DNA of 60,028 nucleotides, counting the filler, from Dirinaria sp. TL-2023a (lineage: Eukaryota), in the NCBI GenBank assembly GCA_051941275.1. It is 9 parts of 9 records of this genome, joined end to end, with 100 filler letters (N's around TTAATTAATTAA, not from the genome) between each part and the next. Parts side by side here need not be neighbours in the genome. Positions count along the whole stretch, not along the records: positions 20,092 to 26,671 come from JAVEBF010001456.1; positions 26,772 to 33,351 come from JAVEBF010001457.1; positions 33,452 to 40,028 come from JAVEBF010001458.1; 6 more parts are not named here. One strand, given 5' to 3'. Shown here in pieces: positions 24,069 through 35,583 of the stretch; the first letter of the stretch is position 1; every line of letters starts with the position of its first letter. The notes beneath the pieces are model-generated. The model ran no database searches and was not told the origin of the DNA. It was given only the letters and a program-made list of their open reading frames with translations. Both the position numbers and the translations under genes were made by a program.

Positions 24069-26671
24069 TATTGATAAGATAGCGGGGAAACTCACAGAGA
24101 GGCTATCTCAATCAGTAACCGGGCGCAACGCTCTGGAACCATGCGTGTGACTGCACTTTTCACCTAATAATGAGCGAGCATGGGGTCAATGATTCCTCAG
24201 GCATCACACATGTACGGAGTAAGGTAAGTACGTACCTGACATGACATAAGGTTTTTAGTAGTACGGGATACTGTAACGAGATCTTGGCAAATGAGCGGGC
24301 ATGTTATGACGCACGCCACACATTATTATTCGGTAGACACCGCCTCGACCGCTCTCCAAAGACGGAAGACGGTCCCGACCAGCGACCTGGAACCTGGAGG
24401 AGGGGGAAGGGGGCAACACTAACACTACCTTAGGTACCTTAGTAGTACGAGTACCTTACCTTAAGGTACTACGGTACTACCTTACTGTACCGTACTCTAC
24501 CTCCATCAACTAAAGGACGGTGTGCCACAGATCCAGTAAAACCTCCGCGCTTCTATACACCACACCCATTATTCCAGCCGTGTTCCACATTTCCTTCCCA
24601 AAAGATGCCTGCAAGAAACTCCTCCCAAGTTCATTGTTACAAGGAGACTGGCCTCTAACTGTTCCGGCTTGATCACCAGGAGAACGTCCACGACAGGCAA
24701 CGTCCTCTATTGAATCATACGCGAAATGTCGCACTTGCCTTCTATAGATCGTGAGGTAGCAGCAGACCGTTCTTTAGCGCGAGACTGCACGTGGCTGCCA
24801 AACTCTCACTCTGGTAGTTGCTTTTTGCTAGGTATGTCTTGCATGACCCCTTGCCTCCCTGGACACGAACCGGTCGAAAGTATGCGGATTGCGGGAAGTG
24901 TGGTGATTACCTTAGGATAATGTCGTATGCGACACTAAAGTAGTCGAATTAGCTCTGCAGAAACTTTCGCGGGATCCGGGACACGAGAATTAGGGCCCTG
25001 CTCGTGAGACGCCGGTCACGGTTTGACAGCACAACAGGAAGCTACTATGTGATGCTGATGCATTAATTAATTCACCCACCACAGAACTTACCACCCCTAT
25101 CTCCTGCTCGTGATTCGGAAGGCAAGGAAAGTCAAGTCTGGATCACGATGACGTACGGCCTGTTGAAGCTGACCTCGACAATGGTGATCACATCTTTCGC
25201 TCCGCAACAGCCCGCAAGCAGTGAAGCACCGAGAGTTGCATTCAGAACCCAGGTGGTGCATTTCTGTTGTCGCTCGCTTTCTCTTCAGTTTGAGCGGCAT
25301 CTACTGATCGCTCTAAGGATATGCATTAAGTCTCTTACTCTACCGCTTTGGATCTCGACTTCTCACAAGTTCCGATCAGTGGTACTCGGTCCAAGTCTAC
25401 CTTACGTCGGGATGGATATAGATGACAGATGAAAGCTCTGTTCAGCTTTAAAAAGGACTGATTTCTTGCTATCGCCTTCATCTCTCGATACAGGCGAGTC
25501 AAATTGATCAATGAACAATTTGTTTTCCCTTTTTTCTTTTTCCTTTTTTCTTTGCAACACCAATATCGTTAGCAATCTACAACGCCCCCAACATTCTGAC
25601 AAGTCTTGCGCAGCCCTTTCCCCCTTCGCCTTCAAACCTTGGCTCATGTCAATGAGCAGTCACTGCTATCTCAAACTCCACCCTCAGACCTCCTTAGTCC
25701 GTTTGAGGCAGGTAAGATTTTGGATGAAGATTGCCGTTACTGGCCGCTCTTTTTGCCCTCTAGATGCTTCATTGAGTGCATATATTTTCGAGCCCGTGGA
25801 TCGCAGGGAAAACAAAAGAAGAAGAAGAAAAAAAAAGGAAAAGTCTAATCCAAAACAATGACGGTCCTCAAAGAAGTCCAATACTCTCTCACTTTCCTCT
25901 GCGCTCTCTGGGAAAGAGAAGAAAGGGACACAGCAGACTTCAAGACGGGGTTTGTTTGATCAATACCAGTGCCACAGCACTTGATCAACGTCTGAAAAAT
26001 AAATGAAAGTGTGAGAGAGAAAGAATGCGAACAAGAGAGCGCCAGTACATTGAGCATGAATGATACCGCAAGCCTTCCATTTCTCCTCAAAACCCTAAGT
26101 ATATTCCCTCCGCACAAAAAAGGGGGAGGGGGGGGGAAAAAAAAGAAAAAAGAAAATAGTAGCGAATCAATAATCTCAAAAAAAAAAAAACTCCTATCCA
26201 ATCTGTAGTCACCCCAATAACATCTCAAGAACCACCCTCTAATACCTTACAGTTTGCCCCCGGAGTACAGAGCGACACTTTTACAATTCCTTCTTTTCGT
26301 TCCTCTAAATGCTGACCGCAAAATCTAATCTTCTTTCCCCAAATTTTTCTTAGAGTTCAATTTCAAAAGAGACGAAGAGAAAAACCCCCTCCGCAAAAAA
26401 TTCCTCATTCTTCTTCCAAGAGTAAGGTGAAAAAGCGTAGCAGCAGTCAGGTATGTCTCTTAAGATACCTAGGCATCTAGGTACCTAAGCACCTAGTAAA
26501 GTATCAACTCCTCCAAATTACGCGGTACAAAAAAGAAATGTTCTCTTTTCTTTTTTTTTTTTTTTTTCCCTTTTTTTTCTTCAGATCCCCAAAAGTCTTT
26601 GCCATGTGTGAGCGATCAAGTTTGCTTTTCCAACAGCAATCGTTGCATTCGTTATTGGCTCTTCGCAAATT

Positions 26672-26771
26672 NNNNNNNNNNNNNNNNNNNNNNNNNNNNN
26701 NNNNNNNNNNNNNNNTTAATTAATTAANNNNNNNNNNNNNNNNNNNNNNNNNNNNNNNNNNNNNNNNNNNN
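26672..26771. other. Artificial contig spacer
   Basis: N44-TTAATTAATTAA-N44. Confidence 0.99.
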
Positions 26772-26870
26772 GGATCTGTCCGTGAGAGTGATGAGTAGAA
26801 TGCTCTGTGTGTCGATTGCCAATGCAGTGATAATAATGGAGACGATATTGTGTGATAACGTATTTTCTAG

Positions 26871-28216
26871 ATTGCTACCATTATTCAGACGGAGGAGCCA
26901 AAGAAGATGCGCAAATTACAGTACTTGCTTGAATCCAAAGAGCTCCCAGCGAAGCTAGTCAAACGCCTATTCAATGATTGGGCCGTAACCTTGCGTGTTC
27001 ATCCTTGGGCACTTGGGGTCCATACCCAAGACGGTGGCAACGTTTCGGTGCCGCAAGGGATCAAGATCACTTGCAATGTTGCTACGAATGTGTTCCGCAG
27101 TATGCGATGAGCCAGAATTCTTCAGGCGATGACGCTGATAGAGAATAGATGAGTCCAGGAACCACGGCCTCACTGGTCGAGAGGTTATGATTCCAGCGCT
27201 GATCAACTCCATAGCCATCAAATTCAGACAGGGTTTCCGCCTACGGGCCGTTGTAGTCACGGAACACCGTAATATTGATTTTGCGACAGCAGAAGTCGCA
27301 CAGCATATAGAGGACGTAGTCTTCGTCCAGACCGGGGGGTACCCAACACGGAACGTGAAGGAGTTTTTGAATTTGTTGTGCAGTCATCGGATGCTGAAGA
27401 AAACTGCTTTCCTCTACTTCTCGGACCACGACCCCCATGGTCACCACATCTTCGCTGGGCTGAAGTACGGATCTAAAGCCAGTGCCTGGTGTTCCCAAAG
27501 TCAAATATGTCCAAGGCTCGAATGGGCCGGTAAGTTTTCTTCTGACCTCAAATCCCTAGCACGACTATCAGTTAGCATCCCGTATGCATGAGATTAATTG
27601 AAGATTCATTTCGTAGGACCCAGCTGGCTCCATCTTCACCAGTCGATTGAGGACTACGCTCCGGTAAGAAACGCAGAGAGGAGCAAGTCGAATCCAACCA
27701 TGAGCGAGTTTGATCTCCTCCAAGATGAAAACCAGTGGAAATTACGCCTGCACGCTAAACTCGATAACAAAATGGCTAACAAGGGTATCTCCAAAGACGA
27801 CCGGGAAATTATGGAAGGGTCGGTGTGAGATTCTTGCATGCGATCGCGTGCTAACCCTTGAGTAGAATGATGAAGTCCGGAGTACTAGATACAGAACCGG
27901 CACTCCGCGCGGAGAGTCAAGAGATGATGGAGAAAAACAGAGTATGACTTTCCAGATCGTGACTGACCTTGCTGACCTATCCTAGAAATTCAGCGTGAGT
28001 GCGTTCTCTGCTGTTCGCCCAAGAGGCACGGAAATGTATATTGTGGAGCGCTTGACAGTTCTGGCGCCGGCTGCGAATCCCGTTCCCATTGTGAATCCTG
28101 CAGTTCAAGTGCCCCAGACGACCGCCGCCTTCGATGCAGCGGAGAGTCAGTCAAGCGCTGACATTTCGCCCCGCCGAGCCGCCGCGGCGAGGGCTGCCAT
28201 CATTGGTATGGATTGA
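26871..28216 (+). CDS. Divergent Spo11/topoisomerase VI subunit A-like protein, 5'-truncated; exons 26871-27099, 27149-27529, 27617-~27818, 27866-27941, 27986-28216
   Basis: Winged-helix-like MRKLQY..LFNDWAVTLRVHPWALGV (compare RDIYY..IDDIA.TLGV.R..LNI). TOPRIM-like VVVTEH, QTGGYPTRNVKEFL, FSDHDPHGHHIFAGLKYGS and PRLEWAG. C-terminal ISKDDREIM..LRAESQEMME. Intron phases are consistent. Confidence 0.75.
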
Positions 28217-28706
28217 ACGGCGGATATGGGACGGCTGTTTTTGTTTGCTCGCTTGCTTTGGCTGCACTATGAATGATGCTTGATTGAGCCGGGAGCTGGA
28301 ATGTTGTGTCGCATGTTTGATAGTAGATGAGGGAGTGCTTTGAGATAGAACATGGAGGTCGCAATTCCTTGACCAAGGACAGTTCGCATAGGCTTGAAAT
28401 TTAAATATAAACCGCTGTGGGCTTCCTTCACAGTGTGAACAGACTTTGACAGTAGCTGCGATGAAGGCTGGCGTATTATTGTTCACGCTTCGATGAATCA
28501 GAGCTGGTGAATCGAAGCTCTGAAAGTTTATTGTAACATCGATATATCTTCCGCAGTTTCCTCGTAATGCCCCGCGATATATCTCCTTAGTTGACAGGAC
28601 ATCGTTTGGAGCATCTTAGTGATTCGTTCAAGCGACATTAAGAGCTCAAAGCATCCAAACTCCAAACCGCCTGTCCAAGCTTCATTAGAAAGCAACGTCC
28701 TAAGAG

Positions 28707-29684
28707 ATGCCCAAATCACGAAAGAGTCTGGCGCAGAAGGTACACTGTCCAGCGTCTGCTCGAGCCGATGAGGTGCTAATCGCTTGCCAGTACCATGAGG
28801 TAGTACAACTGGCTGGGGAGCTCCATGGAGCTCTGCAGGTCGTGCTAGGAACCGACGTGGAGGATTCTCCAGGTGTGGCAAAATTGGCACGTACCGTTGC
28901 AGTCAAGAGCTTCAAATCAAGTCTCCAGAAAACCAAATATTGTCATAGGATGTTGCACGCGCATTCGCAGGGAAATCGAGAACAAATGTCGGGGATGGCC
29001 ATCTCTGCTGGAGATAGATCCGAAGCTGACCACTCGTGTAGCATGAACAAGCTCGAGCGCAAGAAGACGCAACGCAACAAGTCTGCGCAGGAGAAGAGAG
29101 AAGTCGCCGACAGAGATGCGCAAACGCCACATCATGGCCCAGAGACCGTTACCTCTTCGACCACGCTCATCGGCGACGATCATGGCATGGCGAATGAATC
29201 AACGACCCTGCTCGGTGACAGCCACGAAGTCGCGGAGACCGACGGCGATCTAAAGGTAATCGACATGTTCATTAGTGAGAGCGCGCCCAATTGTCTCCCC
29301 ACGGACTTCAACCGGGAAATCCAGAGTCCCATAAATGATTCGTTCGACAGTCAGCTTCAGACCTTAGAGCCCAACATCAGCCCGAGTCCTCATTCTCCCG
29401 CCAAGGAGACAGACTCCACGAAGGAAGGTGCGAAGGAAATCCCGGAATCGGACACAAACGACGAGCTGGGCAATATCATTACGACGTTGCAAGCCGCATC
29501 GAGAGCGCCCGCAATCCTCCGAGCAAGGCAAAAGAAAGGTATGGGAAAAGGTATGGGAAAATATGGCGCTCGATTCCTTCGATCAAGTGTAGCCACTATC
29601 AAATCCAAGGCTAAATCCAAGGCCAAATCTCAAGAGCGCGAGAGAGTGAAAACTGCGGATGGGCAGAAGCGCAAGCGCATCTAG
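28707..29684 (+). CDS. Hypothetical protein with a low-complexity acidic middle and basic C-terminus; possible in-frame intron 28740-28790
   Basis: 325-codon ORF with a GTACAC..GCTAAT..CAG candidate intron and an NLS-like KRKRI terminus. No family recognised. Confidence 0.55.
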   Translation: MPKSRKSLAQKVHCPASARADEVLIACQYHEVVQLAGELHGALQVVLGTDVEDSPGVAKLARTVAVKSFKSSLQKTKYCHRMLHAHSQGNREQMSGMAISAGDRSEADHSCSMNKLERKKTQRNKSAQEKREVADRDAQTPHHGPETVTSSTTLIGDDHGMANESTTLLGDSHEVAETDGDLKVIDMFISESAPNCLPTDFNREIQSPINDSFDSQLQTLEPNISPSPHSPAKETDSTKEGAKEIPESDTNDELGNIITTLQAASRAPAILRARQKKGMGKGMGKYGARFLRSSVATIKSKAKSKAKSQERERVKTADGQKRKRI

Positions 29685-31212
29685 TTTATCGTATTACCTG
29701 TTGTTGAGAGAGAAAAGGTTTGCACTCAAGTCTCGACTCTGTGAATATACAACCGTCGATTGCGCTAAAGCGGTGAGTGTCCGCACAAATTATTGTACCA
29801 TCTTTTCTTCCCCACGGGAGTTGCTTTGTAGTCTGAGGGTTGATTTAGGTGGTCGGCCGAGAAAACGTCAAGAAGCATTTCAGTCACTACGAAAGACCGC
29901 GTCTTGTTCGAATACTTGTCAACGAGGGTCAGGCGTATCACGTGAGGCAAGAGGAGCGAGCGGAGACAAGAGTTCTCTTCGCTCGAGACGAAAAGAAGGT
30001 ACGCAACGATTCGTCTCGACATCACGCCGAAGGCAAGCTCAATGATGGTATCGTGGAGGCCGATAGCTCTGGTTTCTATAATGACGAGCAGTCAGTTTCA
30101 AGGCTTGAGAATCGGCTTCAGAATGGTCAAGTAGGAGGATCCACTCTGCAGAGATGATGGGGGCATTTTCGAACCATAAATTTGAGCCTAATATCGGTGC
30201 TACGCGATCTCCGTCCTCTCTTGACATTTTTTGTCATTTGATTTGCTCATTGCCGGCAAATGGGCTCATCTCCTCGAACTGAAGAGATCCAACGATGCCT
30301 GTTAGGGGTAATTTGACCATGTCGCAGGAGTTAGTATCACAATGCGACCCCAAAATTGATGACGCTGCTTCAAAGTTGCAGCTTCAAAAGCGATACTCAC
30401 GACAGGAACAAAGATTAAGAACAGACGGCTAGTCGGTGTTGGAGAGAATTAAAAGTCATCATGGATAACGAGGCTTCCCCGGGCGTCTATATATCTTAAA
30501 TCCTGCAACAGATCGTCTAATCATCTGAGCGCTTACCTTGACTACCTTACTGCTAATATTTGCTGGCAGCGGAATGCTACTCAGTCGAGGGATGTCGAGG
30601 GAGTATCATAAGCTCGCTAGAAGATATCGAGTGACGCATGTCATTACCTTAAGCAGCTAAATTCCGAAGAAATTCCGATTAGTGCCCCTCGGCCGCGACT
30701 TCGTCTAACGCAGGTTCCCGAGATGAAATGACAGATGTTCTTAGTGGCGCGAAGATCTTGTTCCCATTCTACAGCGATTACCTCGTTTGGGCGACGCCTC
30801 TACCCTTAGCTCTATCCTTCATGTCCTGAAAAGGGTCAACATCATGGCCAAGCAAATCGGGCCATGCCTTAGATCATCGGTTTAGGTCTGTCAATTGGTT
30901 CACATCGTAAGTGCAGCGCAATGTTTTGCGTTTATTGGGCTCTCGATCGACACTCATATCCTCTGCTGATGTTCTAGTCACAATCGAGTCCAGATGTCGA
31001 CGCGGAAAGTGGGTCTTTCGGCGCCCTTACTCCTATATCATCATCATGGCCCGCCCTTGCCAGCAAACTATGCAAGCCCCCGGAATTTTGGCAGGGCATA
31101 GATATATATACTCACGCTTTTCCTGTCACCTATTTTATGCTTGGATAAGCCCAACACAAATCACAAGCGGTAGCATCTCTATTGCGACTTGACTGAAAAG
31201 TGACCACCTCCA

Positions 31213-33351
31213 ATGGCTGGTCGAAAGCGCGCAAACAGTGCCGATCAAGCTCGTACTCTTAAGCGGCCTAAAGCCGATCATGAAGCTACGAAGGTCAATG
31301 GGAACAAAGCCTCACGTCAAACACCACGCAACAGGAGAAATCGCGATACTAGCGTGAGTGCACAAGTTTCGCAGAAGAAGCCAAAGGTGGACAAGCATGA
31401 TGTATGTGTCAGTTGACTCTGATTGCCCAGCAGTTCTGACTGTGAATAAGGCCTCGAACGAAAAATCGAAAGAGAGCGGCGGCGAACCGAGTTTCGTCCC
31501 ACCCAAGGAAGCGAGGCCGGAGCTAGGAACAGTAAAACTTGTACAGGCTGTACCTGCATCGGCAGAGGCCGCTGACAACAGGAAAGGTAAGACAGGCCAG
31601 GGAAAAGTAGACAGCTGGCAAGCTTTCAAAGCTGCTGCTCTCAAACTTAGAGAAGCTGGGCACACTTCGGTGAAGATCGAGATTGATGAAAATACACCAC
31701 TGTTCAAATTCTTTCCCCTTCTTCCACGCAGGGTTTTCGACACTCTCCCATTCAAGAATTGTGCACTAGAATATCGCTTCGAATCTGAAGGTGGCAAGCC
31801 TGCCGGTGCATCCTTGATCGCCGAGGTTGAGCTAAGTGGGCCGCTGGGGAGACTATCAGACGTATTCACTTCGGTGCTGGGTCAAGAAGAGTCAGTCTTT
31901 CGAGTGACAGCCTTCTTGGGTGTAGTTTTGGATTACGACAAGGATATAGCGATTGAGTCATTGACACTGGCCGGGTGCTTCGTTGGCTGCAACATACAAT
32001 ATCCGGCGGCCTCTAAGCTTCTCCGCATCACATCACTGGGTGCGAGCATTTCCATCGCAAAGAACGGTGAGGCTGGGCTACTCGATGCTGCAAAAGCAGC
32101 TATCCTCCCAAATCCTGTCGAAGAGAATGTAGCCGGAAAAATTACAGCGCAAGAGCAATTGGCGATTGAGACCGCAACTACTCAACCAACTAGCATCGAA
32201 GACACGAAGCCGATCGCGACTCATGACATAACCCGCCCGGAAGTAATTGAGGACGTTATCATGAAAATTAAAGATGAAATAGAAGCCGAGGAGGAAGATG
32301 GCGAAGTTGAGGAAGTTGAAGAGTCCACAGACGCCGAGGCCGATGATGAGGATGATGGAGATGAAGACGAGGAGAAGGTGTCTCATTACATCAATTACTC
32401 AATCTTTGGTACAGTAGAGCTTCCGGTGCCCGGTCAGCCTCTGGCTCTGGCCTTGGATTTGGACGTCTCCGTCGTAAAAGACATGATGGTACTTACAATG
32501 TCGCCCAAAGGCGAAAAGAAGGCGTGGGACAATGTATTCGGCTTCGATAATTTTGATGTAAGTACCCCTTTGTCAAGACATTCACAATGCCCCGCAATAC
32601 TAAGTCAGAGCAGCTTGTGAATGTCCTGTTCAAGGTGGGCTATCCTCTTGGAACGAAGGATGGCGAGAGTAAGGGAGACGACGAAGATGAAAGCAAGAAA
32701 ATTAAGGACGAAAAGCAAGAGTCAAAGAAAAAGACAGCAAGCGTCGGCCGTGAAAAGAGCAGGATCGAGAAAGGAGAGGAAGATGCCAAGAAAGAAAAGG
32801 AGTTCGCCGATCTGATGCACCGTTTTGAAATGGAGCGTGGAGCCAAGAATGATACGCAGCCCTTCGTCGCTCTTCAAGCGGGTTGGGAAAGCTCTGTTGG
32901 AGAGGTCACGATCTATGGGAAGATAACAAAGGATTTTGGTACACAAATCTAGAAACTCTTGGTTAGATCGTCCTACTAACCCATTTTCAGTGTCTTCAAG
33001 CATCAAAGGCACATTACACAACGTCACCTTTGCAAAAATCAAAAAGCTCTTTGAAACGACTCATAACGTCTCGCTTGGTGATACAGACATCGATATTCAA
33101 GCGAAGAAGCTCACCGTCGAACTCTCCAAGGAAGGAGTGCGCCTTGAAGGAGATCTTACCATATACGGAAAAGAAGTCACTGCCAAGCTTCTACTCTCAA
33201 CAGAAGGTGTCTCGCTGTCGGCTGGGACGCCAAAGTGGGAAGTCGACGATGAAAAGACCTTGACGATCGAAGATGCCGAAGTCAGTTTCTTCGTTGGCTG
33301 CGTCGGTAAGAACGCGGGAAAAGACGACACAGCGGCAAAGGCAATTCAGAA
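31213..33351 (+). CDS. Large hypothetical acidic, beta-rich protein, 3'-truncated; exons 31213-31401, 31451-32557, 32614-32938, 32991->33351
   Basis: Four ORF segments are joined in phase by short GT-AG introns. It has a basic N-terminus, an E/D-rich tract and alternating hydrophobic beta-strand patterns. Confidence 0.7.
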
Positions 33352-33451
33352 NNNNNNNNNNNNNNNNNNNNNNNNNNNNNNNNNNNNNNNNNNNNTTAAT
33401 TAATTAANNNNNNNNNNNNNNNNNNNNNNNNNNNNNNNNNNNNNNNNNNNN
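33352..33451. other. Artificial contig spacer
   Basis: N44-TTAATTAATTAA-N44. Confidence 0.99.
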
Positions 33452-35583
33452 TAGGAGGCCAAAAAGAATCGACTGGGATAATTGAGAAAGTAAGTACTAT
33501 TGATGTTTTTTAACTGAGATTGAGAGGAAGCTGAGCAAGACATAGATAAGTCTTGCCGACGTGTAGATATGTAACATAGCATCGGTATCACGGGAAATGC
33601 AGCGTAAAGCTGATCGAACTGGGAGATCAGAGACTTTTCTAGCCGATTCGATCTTCAAAAATTTTGTAGGCGTACTCGGTCAAAGAATACCACATTTGTA
33701 CCGTTGTCGATACGGCTGCAGATGAGTCCTCGTACGATTTGTACATCTTCCGAGGCAAGAACGAGACTCATGTTATGGCGGAATTTGGGGTTCTTGCGAT
33801 GTCAAGTATGAAGACACCAAGACAGCTGTCTGATCGGAACCATGCTTGTTGGGAAAAATTTGTCTTGCATTTGATGACACTTGATGCCACTAAGGAATGA
33901 AAATTTATCTATGGGTATAACCTAAAAACATGTTAGCACCGGATGTTTGCTCACATAATTGCCGAAGCCAGCATCATGCAGGAATTCAAAGAGATCTAGG
34001 AAGGGCAAAACACTACTAGAAAGGTGACCAAAACCGCAAAGACAACAGGTTCGATTTCCAGGTTTTGTCAGTGCCTGATTCATATGCTGTTGAGAGACTG
34101 CCCAACGAGAAGTTTGGGCTGTCGGTGAAACAGCAGTCACGCAGACGACATCACACACGCGGCAGAACCAATCAGCAGGACAACTTGTGGATGTATTTCT
34201 GGGCTTCTCATGTTGTAGATTCTCTCCTCCACCCTTCTCTGTCTCCCGTTGTACATTGAGCAAATGCTCACGTTGAGGTTGAGGTTGAGGTGAGGCTGTG
34301 AAGCCTGTCGATGTTCACTCGATTCATGAACAATTGGCAGGGGTAGATGGCGATAACTTCTTGGCCTCACTCTCTCTCGCGCGCACTTGCGTACGGGGGA
34401 CCATTTGAGGGAAAGAATCACGACGTTTCTGATTGTTGCGAGGTAGGTAGCTAGAGTATGAAGCATGCCGATAAGGTAGATTGGACGCTAGCCCTAATTT
34501 TGCAAAAGCTCCACAGGCAGGCACGGTCCGAAGGGTCGAAAGGGTCGCAATGTACATACTGTAAGTAAATACTTCCGTTCAACCGCGTCAAGCGATCACA
34601 TCTTTCAACTTTCTACTCTACTAACACGTCAGTTTTCTGACTACTCGTTTTTCATCTAGCAATGTAACCGACTTCTTTGATGTCTCGAATTCGACTGCGT
34701 TACCTTAAATGCATGACATTATGAGCCCACGCACTCCTTCCTAATCGGATAATATGTAGAGTAAGCGCTCGGAGAAAGCAAGCGCGTTTCAACGTGATGA
34801 TCCTGCAGACGTGCAATCGTGTCTTCTCCCGGGATTGACGCGAAGGCATTACCGTGGGCTCCCAACTACATACTCGCTTCGACAATTTCTTAAAGATTAT
34901 ACGCGAGAGCGACAAGGCGATCACGGAATGCCGTTGTGATGTTGGGTGCGTCCCGCTCACTTGTCTAGAGTGCAAGATTTAATGCGATGGAAAGCGAGGG
35001 ACAAGCGGCCCGTTATTGGAGAAGCTCCGGGAGGTGTGGTTACACAAATAAGCCACCTAATGCATCTTCCCGTACCAGACACACGGCAGTGACGGCACAT
35101 CCACACTTCAAACCACACACGACAATTCTGCTACCGCTTCCCATGGATTGGATGAGGAGAGATATATCAAGCATGATCCGCCGAGTAGCCTCGAGAAATG
35201 ACTGCTATGTTGGAAGACTTTGGCACATTCGTTGGGATGGGCTCGAAGCTGTAAAGCCGGGCATGGTAAGGCTATGGCGAGGCTGAAACCGTACTGCAGG
35301 TGCAGATCTCTCATAAACATAATGCGTGAAAAGCGTGATAGGCTGTAAGAACAGCGTCAAACAGCGTTTATCTCTGCCTAATTCCGACCAGGAAGTTGGC
35401 GCGGGAAACCACCCAAGCACCGATCAAATCAGATCGTTGGTATTTTTGACCAGTCTTGCCCACCCCGGCAGAACATATTGGCTGCGCCGTGACAGCGGGA
35501 TTTGCCAAACTCCACTATGGATAGCCTGCTTCCGCAAACAATTGCTCAACCTATATTTCCAGCTACCATCGAAATTACTTACC

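Noticed and set aside
25500..26671. Lys/Phe-rich short ORFs and long A/T/G homopolymers
   Set aside because: These are low-complexity non-coding tracts near a contig end. The same applies to 12900-13307.
35326..35583. 86-aa N-terminal extension of the membrane protein in the ORF track
   Set aside because: It begins at a GTG. The family motif starts right after the ATG at 35584.
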